A DNA stretch of 32,000 nucleotides, taken from positions 1,170,001-1,202,000 of the forward strand of contig NC_007517.1 of NCBI RefSeq assembly GCF_000012925.1. Direction: 5' to 3'. The notes beneath the pieces were generated by a model that had not been told where the DNA came from, did no database searches, and saw only the letters and a program-made list of their open reading frames with translations. Within the stretch, counting starts at the first letter, position 1; every line of letters starts with the position of its first letter. The position numbers and the translations under genes were made by a program. The DNA is from Geobacter metallireducens GS-15 (GTDB lineage Bacteria; Desulfobacterota; Desulfuromonadia; Geobacterales; Geobacteraceae). Positions 23,446 to 32,000 of this stretch are shown piece by piece.

Positions 23446-24476
23446 AACAGATCCTCAACACCCTCTACGTCATGACCCAGGGGGCCTATGTCTGCCTCGA
23501 CCACGAAACGGTGAAGGTGGAGGTGAAGGGCGCACTCCAGATGCAGGTGCCGCTTCACCATCTGGGGGCCATCGTCACCATGGGGAACGTCATGATGAGT
23601 CCCTTCATCATGGCGCGTTGTGCCGAGGACGGCCGGGCGCTGGTGATCCTCGACCGTAACGGCAAGTTCAAGTGCCGCGTCGTCGGCAAGACCAGCGGCA
23701 ACGTGCTCCTGCGCCAGACCCAGTACGAGGCGGTGCGGGATAGGGAGCGCTCCGCGGCAATCGCCCGGAACATGGTGGCGGGGAAGGTTAAGAATGCCCG
23801 CCAGATCCTCATGCGGGGAGCGCGCGAAACCACCGACGCTGATGAAAGCGCCGTCCTGCGAAAAGCGGGCGACACCCTGGCCGATGCGCTCTTCCATCTC
23901 AAGGACGCGACGGATATCGACCATGTGCGCGGATTGGAGGGGGAGGCGGCCAACGCCTATTTCCAGGTGTTCGACCGGATGGTGAAGGAAGAGGAGCGCC
24001 CGGCCTTCAGGATGAACGGCCGCAACCGCCGGCCTCCGCTCGATCCCATGAACGCACTTCTCTCCTTCCTCTATACGCTGCTTCTCAACGACTGCATCAG
24101 CGCCGTAGAAGGAGTGGGGCTCGATTCCCAGATGGGCTTTCTTCATGTCCTACGTCCGGGGCGGCCTTCCCTCGGGCTCGACATCATGGAAGAATTCCGA
24201 GCGGTGCTGGCGGACCGGCTGGCCCTTACCCTCATCAACCGGAAGCAGATCACTGAAAAACATTTCGAGGTGCGGCCCGGCGGGGCCACCTATCTGGACG
24301 ATGCGGGCCGGAAGGAAGTCATCATGGCCTATCAGAAGCGGAAACAGGATGAATTTCACCATCCGGTCCTCGACCAGAAAGTTCCCTTCGGGCTCTTACC
24401 CCACGTTCAAGCCCGGCTGCTGGCCCGGCATCTGCGGGGGGACCTGGAGCAGTACACGCCGGTGCTCTATTCATAG
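23442..24476 (+). CDS. cas1: Cas1 integrase (type I-C)
   Basis: 344 aa, MKQILNTLYVMTQGAYVCLDHETVKV. Conserved NALLSFLYTLL, GLDSQMGFLH and D..EEFR motifs. Confidence 0.93.
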   Translation: MKQILNTLYVMTQGAYVCLDHETVKVEVKGALQMQVPLHHLGAIVTMGNVMMSPFIMARCAEDGRALVILDRNGKFKCRVVGKTSGNVLLRQTQYEAVRDRERSAAIARNMVAGKVKNARQILMRGARETTDADESAVLRKAGDTLADALFHLKDATDIDHVRGLEGEAANAYFQVFDRMVKEEERPAFRMNGRNRRPPLDPMNALLSFLYTLLLNDCISAVEGVGLDSQMGFLHVLRPGRPSLGLDIMEEFRAVLADRLALTLINRKQITEKHFEVRPGGATYLDDAGRKEVIMAYQKRKQDEFHHPVLDQKVPFGLLPHVQARLLARHLRGDLEQYTPVLYS

Positions 24477-24489
24477 AAATTCCCCCCGG

Positions 24490-24563
24490 CCCCCCTTTCG
24501 CAAAGGGGGGAGTTACAGGCGGGGCGGGGATGAATTGCGAGTTCCCCTTTATGAAAGGGGGAT
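24490..24563. repeat. Two G/C-capped hairpin palindromes (miniature repeat element) between cas1 and cas2
   Basis: CCCCCCTTT-CGC-AAAGGGGGG (24490-24510) and CCCCTTT-ATG-AAAGGGG (24544-24560), each followed by a G-rich tail (GAGTTACAGGCGGGG / GATAGAGGGGGAT). Confidence 0.55.
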
Positions 24564-24576
24564 AGAGGGGGATTTG

Positions 24577-24870
24577 ATGTGGGTAGTTGTCTGCTATGAC
24601 GTGAACACCGAAACCAGAGAGGGTCGCCGGCGACTGCGACGGGTGGCCCAGGCGTGCAAGAACTATGGCCAGCGGGTCCAGAAGTCGGTGTTTGAATGTC
24701 AGGTCAATGAGATGAAGTTTGAGGATCTGCGGCGAAAATTGCTTCGGGAAATCAACAAGGAACAGGACAACCTCCGCTTCTATCGCCTGACAGAGCCCCG
24801 GGAGAACCATGTGGAAACCCATGGACTCACGCGAACGATCTTCTTTGATGATGAGCCGTTGATCGTTTGA
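24577..24870 (+). CDS. cas2: Cas2
   Basis: MWVVVCYDVNTETREGRRRLRRVAQACKNYGQRVQKSVFEC is the canonical Cas2 ferredoxin-fold N-terminus. 97 aa. The 24145 upstream extension in the ORF track overlaps cas1 out of frame. Confidence 0.9.
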   Translation: MWVVVCYDVNTETREGRRRLRRVAQACKNYGQRVQKSVFECQVNEMKFEDLRRKLLREINKEQDNLRFYRLTEPRENHVETHGLTRTIFFDDEPLIV

Positions 24871-25047
24871 GCCGCGAACCTGGTGTTCCTTCAGAAACAC
24901 GGGATGTTCGCGGACGGGTAACACGGTGACATTTCGAGGGATAAGGAGGGTGAGGGATTTTAGGGAATACCTTAGCGGCCTTTTTCTGCCGGATTCGCGG
25001 AAATGGGCATGCAACTGTTTGAAAACTGTCACTAAAAAGATGTGGCA
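24871..25047 (+). promoter_or_regulatory. CRISPR leader
   Basis: 177-bp non-coding stretch between cas2 and repeat 1, with an A-rich end (ACTAAAAAGATGTGGCA). It starts with an imperfect hairpin CCGCGAAC...GTTCGCGG (24872-24913). Confidence 0.6.
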
Positions 25048-25947
25048 GTAGCGCCCGCCTACATAGGCGGGCGAGGATTGAAACACTATGCGCTCCACTT
25101 TGGCCCTGATGTTGGCCGTGTAGCGCCCGCCTACATAGGCGGGCGAGGATTGAAACCGCCAAATCCGCCGCGCTCCACTCCCGGCAGAAGTTGTCGTAGC
25201 GCCCGCCTACATAGGCGGGCGAGGATTGAAACCAAGTCCGACTTGAAGATTTGTACTGTCGGCGCCGTAGCGCCCGCCTACATAGGCGGGCGAGGATTGA
25301 AACACCATCACCCCAGGGATCGGCACGGCCCGCATCGGTAGCGCCCGCCTACATAGGCGGGCGAGGATTGAAACTTGGTGCCCCAGGAAGAGTGGAAACC
25401 GCTGATCAGCGTCCGGTAGCGCCCGCCTACATAGGCGGGCGAGGATTGAAACTCGACCAACACCCCCGGCACGGTCATGTCGAAGGGTAGCGCCCGCCTA
25501 CATAGGCGGGCGAGGATTGAAACGACACCGGCCTCGACGGGTGGGACGCCGCCGCCTGTAGCGCCCGCCTACATAGGCGGGCGAGGATTGAAACGGGAGG
25601 GACGGTGATATCGTGCAGGGAATACCAAGTAGCGCCCGCCTACATAGGCGGGCGAGGATTGAAACACCTGATGCTGCCCCTGCGGTCTGCCGTGCGCGGG
25701 TAGCGCCCGCCTACGCAGGCGGGCGAGGATTGAAACAGGTCATTGGACCGGGCGAAGATGCGGCCCTGAGTAGCGCCCGCCTACGCAGGCGGGCGAGGAT
25801 TGAAACGGAATCAGTTCGCCGCGTTTTGTCCGAAGGTTAGTAGCGCCCGCCTACGCAGGCGGGCGAGGATTGAAACACACAGCCTCTCAATATACCGATA
25901 TCTCCTATTTGTAGCGTCCGCCTACGTAGGCCGGTGAAGCAACAGAG
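25048..25947 (+). CRISPR. CRISPR array: 12 intact 37-nt repeats + 1 degenerate terminal repeat, 12 spacers
   Basis: Repeat GTAGCGCCCGCCTACATAGGCGGGCGAGGATTGAAAC. Starts at 25048, 25120, 25196, 25267, 25338, 25416, 25487, 25558, 25629, 25700, 25770, 25840, and degenerate at 25911. Repeats 10-12 have loop TACGCA. The ATTGAAAC 3' end is typical of type I-C. Spacer lengths are 35, 39, 34, 34, 41, 34, 34, 34, 34, 33, 33, 34. Confidence 0.97.
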
Positions 25948-25961
25948 GGTGAGGTTACGGG

Positions 25962-26051
25962 CTACCGGAAGATGATTCCCCCAATGCAGACACAACAGAG
26001 GGCAACGAAAAACATGAGCACCGAAACGACGGCAATGGCTTTGGCCAGCAT
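25962..26051 (-). CDS. Candidate 29-aa hydrophobic micropeptide (below ORF-track cutoff)
   Basis: Hand translation: MLAKAIAVVSVLMFFVALCCVCIGGIIFR*. GAGG lies 8 nt upstream of the ATG. An AT-rich divergent promoter region (26065-26130) is shared with the nitroreductase gene. Confidence 0.3.
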   Translation of the reverse strand: MLAKAIAVVSVLMFFVALCCVCIGGIIFR

Positions 26052-26144
26052 GGGAATGACCTCATAACATTTTTCTTAGTTAATCGGTGCGTAACAGCAA
26101 AACTTTAATTTATTTTACGTGTAGTTAGCCAGCTGGCGAGGAGG

Positions 26145-26654
26145 ATGGAGATGGAGGTTCTGGAGGCAATCTACGGACGCCGCAGCGTGCGGCAGTATAC
26201 CAGCGAGCCGGTGACGCGGGAGGAAGTTCTGGAGATCGTCCAGGCAGGTTCCTGGGCGCCGTCGGGGCTCAACAATCAGCCGTGGCGGTTTGCCATTGTG
26301 TCCGACGACGAAAAGCGCCGGGCGCTGGCGGGGTTTACGAAGTACCGGCACATCCTGGAAGGGGCGCCGGTCTCCATTGCGGTCTTCTGCGACCGGGCCG
26401 CCATGTACAACGACACAAAGGACCACCAGTCTGTCGGGGCGTGCCTCCAGAACATGCTTCTGGCAGCCCATGCCCTGGGGCTTGGGGCCGTGTGGCTCGG
26501 GGAGATTCTGAAGAGCGCGGACAAGGTGCGGGAACTGCTGGCATTGCCGGAGAGCCTGGAGCTTATGGCGGTAGTGGCAGTGGGGCGGCCGGCGGAATTC
26601 ACCCGCACGGGCGATAGGAAGGATCTCGACGAACTGATCGTTGGGGAATATTGA
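26145..26654 (+). CDS. Nitroreductase-family flavoprotein
   Basis: LEAIYGRRSVRQYTSEPVTREEVLEIVQAGSWAPSGLNNQPWRFAIV is the classic nitroreductase N-terminus. 169 aa. Confidence 0.85.
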   Translation: MEMEVLEAIYGRRSVRQYTSEPVTREEVLEIVQAGSWAPSGLNNQPWRFAIVSDDEKRRALAGFTKYRHILEGAPVSIAVFCDRAAMYNDTKDHQSVGACLQNMLLAAHALGLGAVWLGEILKSADKVRELLALPESLELMAVVAVGRPAEFTRTGDRKDLDELIVGEY

Positions 26655-26660
26655 TCTGCT

Positions 26661-27752
26661 TCACACCCTGAAGGCCCGGTTCCCCTGCGACTCTAGCCAG
26701 CCGAAGAGTCGTCGAGGCATCTCGCCCAGGGGCGCCACCTCGTCAACCCCGCCTCGCGCTATGGCCTCTTTGGGCATCCCGAAGACCACACAGCTTTTTT
26801 CGTCCTGAGCGAAGGTGTAGGCGCCGGCTTCGCGCATCTCCAGCATGCCGGCGGCGCCGTCGTCTCCCATGCCGGTCATGATGATGCCGACGGCATTCCT
26901 GCCGGCGCGGTTGGCTGCCGAACGGAAGAGGACGTCCACCGACGGCCGGTGGCGGCTGACCGGCGGGCCGTCGGAGAGCTCCACCACGTAGTTGGCTCCG
27001 CTGCGGGCGAGGAGAAGGTGCCGGTTTCCCGGAGCGACATAGGCGTGGCCCGGGAGGATTCGTTCACCGTGCTCCGCCTCCTTGACGCTGATCCTGCAGA
27101 GGCTGTTCAGTCGCTGGGCAAAGGTGCGGGTGAAAGCCTCGGGCATGTGCTGGGTGATGAGGATGCCGGGAGAGTCGGCGGGCATGGCGACGAGGAACGA
27201 TTTCAGGGCCTCGGTGCCGCCGGTGGAGGCGCCGATGACGATGATCTTCTCGGTAGAGGAGAAGGTCCGGTGTTCCATCGGCAGCACTGCGTCGGCGGTA
27301 TTCTTTCGCTCCACGGAGAGGTGGACGTGGGGGGGCTGCCGTACCCTGGCTTTGGCGGCGACCCGGAGCTTGTCGGTGATCTCTCGGGCGTATTCCTGCA
27401 TGCCCCGGCTGATGTCGATCTTCGGCTTGGTGACGAAGTCGACGGCCCCCAGCTCCAGTGCCCGAAGAGTCAGGAATGAGCTTTTTTCGGTGAGTGACGA
27501 GACCATGAGCACCGGCATGGGGCGAAGGCGCATCAGCTTTTCCAGGAAGACCAGCCCGTCCATCCGGGGCATTTCCACGTCGAGGGTCAGAACGTCCGGG
27601 TTGAGCGCCTTGATCTTTTCCCGGGCCACCAGGGGGTCGGGCGCCACTCCCACCACCTCCATATCGGTCTGGCTGTTGATGATGTCCGTCAGCAGGCTTC
27701 GGATGAGGGCCGAGTCATCGACGATGAGAACTTTGATGGGCTGCGTGCTCAT
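26661..27752 (-). CDS. cheB: Chemotaxis response regulator protein-glutamate methylesterase CheB
   Basis: [21 protein letters not shown] (REC). Methylesterase domain ([26 protein letters not shown]). Start ATG 27752; the 589-aa ORF in the track is an out-of-frame upstream extension across cheD. Confidence 0.9.
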
Positions 27753-28285
27753 GACGATTCTCCGATAAACAGCGAGTCGATGCTGCCGGTCCTGATCTGC
27801 CTGACAAAGGCACGGCCGGTTGCCGGGGCGAAGTAGACCTTGCGCGGGTAGATGTCCCCCACATCCACCGCCGTTACCGGTATCTCGCGCTCTTCCAGGT
27901 AACGGAGGGCGAATTCGGCGTTGCGCTCCCCCACGTCGGTTACTCCGTTGATGACCCTGCCGGCGCCGAAGACCTTCGCCTCCAGGTAGGGGAGCCTCCC
28001 TCCCAGCTGGATCAGGTGATCGATCAGCAGCTCCATGGCGTGGGTGCCGTAGCGGGGTGAAGGGGATTCGTCGGTGCCTGCCTCGCCCGGAAGCATGTAG
28101 TGGTTCATGCCGCCGATGCCGCTCAGCCGGTCGCGGATGCAGACCGAGACACAGGAGCCGAGTACCGTGACGATCATGGTGTCGCTGTCGGTGGCGTGGT
28201 ATTCGCCCGGAAGGATCTTCACTGCCTGCTTGTTGAAGGTCCGGTCGTAATAGGAGTTTTTCGCGAAGTATCTGCCGGTGTGCAT
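27749..28285 (-). CDS. cheD: Chemoreceptor glutamine deamidase CheD
   Basis: [29 protein letters not shown] and MNHYMLPG motifs. Start at MHTGRYF (28285), 20 nt after the cheR stop. ATGA-type overlap with cheB. Confidence 0.85.
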
Positions 28286-28305
28286 GAACTTTTCCCTGGT
28301 GCCGG

Positions 28306-29208
28306 TTACGACCGGAGGCCGGTGGGGAGGGGGGCGCCATCCCGAACGGCGTAGACCGTCTTGCCGCGGACCTGGAAGAGGTCGGCGGCGTGGTGGAAAC
28401 TCTCCGAGTGGCCGGCGAAGAGGAGCCCACCGGGGTGGAGCAGGGGAACGAATTTCTTCAGGATGCCGTACTGGGTCTCCTTGTCGAAGTAGATCATCAC
28501 GTTGCGGCAGAAGATGGCGTCGAACCGCTCCCGCATGGGCCACTGCGGGTCCAGCAGGTTCAACTGCCGGAAGGTGATGATCTTTTGCGCCTCGGGCCTG
28601 ACCCGGGCAAGGCCAGCGTTCTTCCCGTCCCCCCTGAGGAAGAACCGCCTCACCTGCTCCCGGGGAAGGCGCTCGATCCGGTCGAGGCGGTAGATTCCCT
28701 GACGGGCCCGGTCAAGGACGCTGGTGTCGATGTCCGTGGCCAGAATCCGCACCGGCGGGGTAAAGGTGCCGAACTGCTCCACCACGGTCATGGCGATGGA
28801 GTAAGGCTCTTCGCCGGTGGAGGCGGCGCAGCACCAGATGGAGAGCTGCCGCCGGCCGCCGAGCCCCTTCAGGTGGTCAGCCAGGATCGGGAAGTGATGG
28901 GGCTCCCGGAAGAAGGAAGTGAGGTTGGTGGTGAGGGCGTTGACGAACGCCTCCCGCTCCTGCCGGTCGCCGCTTTCCACGATGCGGAGGTAATCGTCAA
29001 AGGAGGTGAGCCCCCTGACCCGCAGGCGGCGCGCCAGGCGGCCGTAGACCAGATCACGCTTGACCGGGCTGAGGGCGATCCCCGCGGTGCGGTAGATGAG
29101 CTCCCGCACCCGGGCGAAGTCGCCGTCGGTAAAGCGGAACTCGCGGAGATCCCTCGGGGGGAAATCCGCGTCGGTTCCTGTCAGCGGTGCAATGTCGTGG
29201 TTGGGCAT
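28306..29208 (-). CDS. cheR: Chemotaxis protein methyltransferase CheR
   Basis: [21 protein letters not shown] (N-terminal helical domain). [16 protein letters not shown]-binding [27 protein letters not shown]. Confidence 0.9.
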
Positions 29209-29217
29209 CGTGCCTCT

Positions 29218-30981
29218 CTAAAACTCCTTCCAGTCGTCGTCATACCCCACGGCCTTGGGCAACTCGGCCTCGTGGTGTTCAGGAGCTGCCGGCTTGTGGT
29301 AGCCATTGGCGGCCTTCGCCTTGGGAGCGGCCTTGGCGGCCGGGGTGTTCCGGGCACTGGGCGCCACCCTGGCTGCGGGCTTGCGCTCCGTCTTCGGGGC
29401 GGCCCCGGTATCGGCGCGTCCGCCGTCGGCCAGCTTGAAGCGGCTCACGGTGGAGACCATGGAACGGGCCTGGTCCTCCAGGGCCTCGGCGGCCGCAGCG
29501 GCCTCCTCCACCAGGGCAGCGTTCTGCTGGGTCACGTCGTCCATCTGGGTGATGGCGGTGTTCACCTGCTCGATGCCGCTGGACTGCTCGATGGAGGCGG
29601 CGGAGATCTCGGCCATGATATCGGCTACCCGCTTGATGCTGGTGACGATCTCGCGGGTGGTCTCCCCGGCCTCTTCCACCAGGCGGCTGCCGTCCTCCAC
29701 CTTGGCCACCGAGTCCTCGATGAGGCTCTTGATCTCCTTGGCCGCGGCGGCGCTGCGCTGGGCAAGGTTGCGCACCTCGCCCGCCACCACGGCAAAGCCG
29801 CGCCCCTGTTCGCCGGCCCGGGCCGCTTCCACCGCCGCATTGAGGGCGAGGATGTTGGTCTGGAAGGCGATGCCGTCGATGACGCCGATGATGTCGGAGA
29901 TCTTGCGGGAGCTGTCGGTGATGGCCCCCATGGTGTTCACCACCCGGCCGATGACCTCGCCGCCGCGCTCCGCCACCTCGCTGGCGGTCACGGCCAGCTT
30001 GTTGGCCTGCTGGGCGTTGTCGGCGTTCTGCTTCACGGTGGAGGTGAGCTCTTCCATGCTCGATGCGGTCTCCTCCAGGGCCGAGGCCTGCTCCTCGGTG
30101 CGCTGGGAGAGGTCGGCGTTGCCGGCGGAGATCTGCTCGGTGGCGCTGGCGATGGAGTCGGCGCCGGTGCGGACTTCGGCCACGATGTGGGAGAGGCTGT
30201 CGTTCATCTCCCGCAGCGACCGGAGCAGTTGGCCGGTCTCGTCCTCGCTGGAGGCCTCGATGGCGGCGGTCAGGTCACCGGCGGCGATATGCTCCGAGGC
30301 GGTGATCGCTTCGCCCAGGGCCATCCTGATGCGGCGTGCCACGAAGTAGGCGAAGGTGAAGATCACCAGGGCGCAGATGAGGGTGGCGACGATGATCTGG
30401 ATCTTCATGGTCATCACTTCCTTCTGCACGTCATCCACGTAGATGCCGCTTCCCACGACCCAGCCCCACTCCTTGACCAGCTGGACATGGGAGATCTTGG
30501 GGCTCGGCGCCGTGGCGCCCGGCTTCGGCCACTGGTACTCCACCTCCCCTTTACCCTGCTCCCTGGCGACCTTTGCCATTTCCACAAAGAATGCCTTACC
30601 CGTGGGATCCTTGAGGTCGTCGAGTTTTTTCCCTTCCAGTTCCGGCTTTATGGGATGCATCACCATGACCGGCTCCACGGTGTTGATCCAGAAATATTCA
30701 TTTCCGTCATACCGGAGCTTGCGAATGTTGTCGATGGCCCGTTTCCTGGCCTCGGCTTCGGTCAGTTCCCCGCTTTTTACCTTCTCCTGGTACCCACCGA
30801 TCAGGGTGACAACGGTATCGACGGTGCTCCCCACCATGTCCTTTTTTTCGGCCATGAGCTTCTTCTCCACCAGGGGAAGCACATAGAACATGATGCCCGA
30901 AACGATGAGCACGATGGTTGCCACCGAGATGGCGAGGATTTTGGAGAGAATCTTCCAGTCTTTGAATGCTTTGATTTTCAT
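29218..30981 (-). CDS. Methyl-accepting chemotaxis protein with single-Cache (sCache_2-like) sensor and HAMP
   Basis: Periplasmic [11 protein letters not shown]...HP.KPELEGK...EYQWPKPG motif set. Signalling domain with [27 protein letters not shown] and the hairpin tip [27 protein letters not shown] 30981 (GGAAGGTG RBS) is preferred over 31020, which would overlap cheW. Confidence 0.9.
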   Translation of the reverse strand: MKIKAFKDWKILSKILAISVATIVLIVSGIMFYVLPLVEKKLMAEKKDMVGSTVDTVVTLIGGYQEKVKSGELTEAEARKRAIDNIRKLRYDGNEYFWINTVEPVMVMHPIKPELEGKKLDDLKDPTGKAFFVEMAKVAREQGKGEVEYQWPKPGATAPSPKISHVQLVKEWGWVVGSGIYVDDVQKEVMTMKIQIIVATLICALVIFTFAYFVARRIRMALGEAITASEHIAAGDLTAAIEASSEDETGQLLRSLREMNDSLSHIVAEVRTGADSIASATEQISAGNADLSQRTEEQASALEETASSMEELTSTVKQNADNAQQANKLAVTASEVAERGGEVIGRVVNTMGAITDSSRKISDIIGVIDGIAFQTNILALNAAVEAARAGEQGRGFAVVAGEVRNLAQRSAAAAKEIKSLIEDSVAKVEDGSRLVEEAGETTREIVTSIKRVADIMAEISAASIEQSSGIEQVNTAITQMDDVTQQNAALVEEAAAAAEALEDQARSMVSTVSRFKLADGGRADTGAAPKTERKPAARVAPSARNTPAAKAAPKAKAANGYHKPAAPEHHEAELPKAVGYDDDWKEF

Positions 30982-31009
30982 AGGTTCACCTTCCTTTGAG
31001 GATTCTTGA

Positions 31010-31480
31010 TCAGGCTGCACTGTCCATGAGCTGCATCTCGCTGCTGCTCAGGAGCTTCTCGATGTCCATGAGGATGAGCATCTGGCCGTTCACGGTGCCG
31101 AGGCCGGTCAGGTAGCGGGTATCCAGGGCCGACCCCATCTCCGGGGCCGGCCTGATCTGCTCCGGCTCCAGGGCCACCACGTCGGAGACGCCGTCCACCA
31201 CCATGCCGATGACCCGGTTCAGCACGTTCATGATGATGACCACGGTGAATTCGTCGTAGGTGGGGGTGCCGAGGTTGAATCTGATCCGCATGTCGACGAT
31301 GGGGACGATAACCCCCCGCAGGTTGATGACCCCCTTGAGGAATTCGGGGGAGTTGGCGATGCGGGTTACGGCGTCATAGCCCCGGATCTCCTGCACCTTC
31401 AGGATATCGATGCCGTACTCCTCTGCTCCGAGGGTGAAGGTGAGGTATTCATGGGGGATGGTTCTTTCAGGCGTATCCAT
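31010..31480 (-). CDS. cheW: Chemotaxis coupling protein CheW
   Basis: 156 aa. [24 protein letters not shown]...[15 protein letters not shown] is the CheW fold signature. Confidence 0.9.
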   Translation of the reverse strand: MDTPERTIPHEYLTFTLGAEEYGIDILKVQEIRGYDAVTRIANSPEFLKGVINLRGVIVPIVDMRIRFNLGTPTYDEFTVVIIMNVLNRVIGMVVDGVSDVVALEPEQIRPAPEMGSALDTRYLTGLGTVNGQMLILMDIEKLLSSSEMQLMDSAA

Positions 31481-31506
31481 AGTTGTGTATATCCTCCTGA
31501 CTGTAT

Positions 31507-32000
31507 TTATCTCATCCGGAGCAGGGCATGGACGTCCAGGATCAGCGCCACCCGCCCGTCCCCGAGGATTGTCGCGCCCGCCGTTCCCTCAACCTTGCGG
31601 TAGTTGGCCTCAAGGCTCTTGATGACCACTTGGTGCTCGTCCAGGAGGGCGTCCACCAACAGCGCCGCCTTCTCTCCTTCCACATCCACCAGTACGGTGA
31701 TTCCCTCTTCGGGCCGCGTGACCGATGTCTCCAGGCTGAAGAGTTCGTGGAGCGGCAGAAGGGGGAGGTATTCCCCCCGCACGTGGACGACGGTCCTGCC
31801 GTTGACCGACTTGATCTCCTCCGGCTTCGGCTGGAGGGATTCGATGATGGCGTTCAGGGGGATGATGAACTTCTCGCCCCCCACCGCCACGGAGAGGCCA
31901 TCGAGGATCGCCAGGGTCAGGGGGAGGCTGATGGTGACGCGGGTTCCGGAGCCCGGCTCCGACGAGACCTGCACCCGTCCGCTCAGGGCCTGCACGTTCC
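31507..32000 (-). CDS. cheA: Chemotaxis histidine kinase CheA, C-terminal part (5' end beyond window)
   Basis: End of HATPase_c ([21 protein letters not shown]) followed by the CheW-like P5 domain. The frame stays open to the window edge. Confidence 0.85.
   Translation of the reverse strand, partial: NVQALSGRVQVSSEPGSGTRVTISLPLTLAILDGLSVAVGGEKFIIPLNAIIESLQPKPEEIKSVNGRTVVHVRGEYLPLLPLHELFSLETSVTRPEEGITVLVDVEGEKAALLVDALLDEHQVVIKSLEANYRKVEGTAGATILGDGRVALILDVHALLRMR

Noticed and set aside
24145-24576. Upstream extension of the cas2 ORF (241-aa version).
   Set aside because: It overlaps cas1 in another frame and then reads through the palindromic mini-element. The canonical Cas2 N-terminus MWVVVCYDV starts at 24577.
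25016-25030. The leader motif TGTTTGAAAACTG resembles the GTTTCGAAAAC core of psiS.
   Set aside because: The similarity needs a 1-nt gap, there is no TTC PAM in register, and the core is a simple palindrome (TTTCGAAA) that is likely to recur by chance.
25042-25840. ORFs 25042..25341, 25251..25490 and 25613..25840 (+), and 24827..25162 (-), with repeated APAYIGGRGLK / SARLHRRARIET peptides.
   Set aside because: They are translations of the CRISPR repeats. The periodic 37-nt repeat structure explains them completely.
25085-25910. Possibility that an array spacer self-targets within this window.
   Set aside because: Visual comparison found no extended match of any spacer to the rest of the window. 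This is not exhaustive and would need a computational search against the whole genome.
27753-28430. N-terminal 226 aa of the 589-aa ORF 26661..28430 (-).
   Set aside because: It is an Arg/Pro/His-rich out-of-frame read-through across cheD. CheB begins at [13 protein letters not shown] (ATG 27752). The same logic trims 27749..28543 to cheD starting at 28285.

Overview
High-GC, Geobacter-like (inference from composition and gene content) chromosomal segment. All calls rest on motifs read from the sequence; no database search was possible.

Gene content, left to right:
1. Two two-component systems, each a histidine kinase plus a sigma-54 enhancer-binding response regulator (3..2736 on +, 3596..7006 on -). 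A small nucleotidyltransferase gene pair lies between them.
2. A sigma-54-promoted, Tat-exported, selenocysteine-containing formate dehydrogenase operon. It comprises fdnG with an in-frame TGA plus SECIS, an fdnH-like 4Fe-4S subunit, an NrfD-type membrane subunit, an FdhD-MobA fusion and tatA (7198..14088).
3. A complete type I-C CRISPR-Cas locus, cas3-cas5-cas8c(-cas11c)-cas7-cas4-cas1-cas2, followed by a leader and a 13-repeat array (14266..25947).
4. A nitroreductase gene.
5. A chemotaxis cluster on the minus strand: cheA(partial)-cheW-mcp-cheR-cheD-cheB.

The cas locus is heavily remodelled:
- The cas3-cas5 spacer holds a crRNA-like mini-array. Its 25-nt guide matches its own promoter directly 3' of a TTC PAM, making it a candidate Cascade autorepression RNA and the top finding.
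- A REP/RAYT unit sits between cas7 and cas4 and carries a nested IS5-family insertion.
- A Bro-N/DinD-like gene is translationally coupled to cas1.
- A palindromic mini-element separates cas1 from cas2.
- The newest spacers have aberrant lengths.

Many long antisense ORFs in the track are GC-driven shadows and are rejected.
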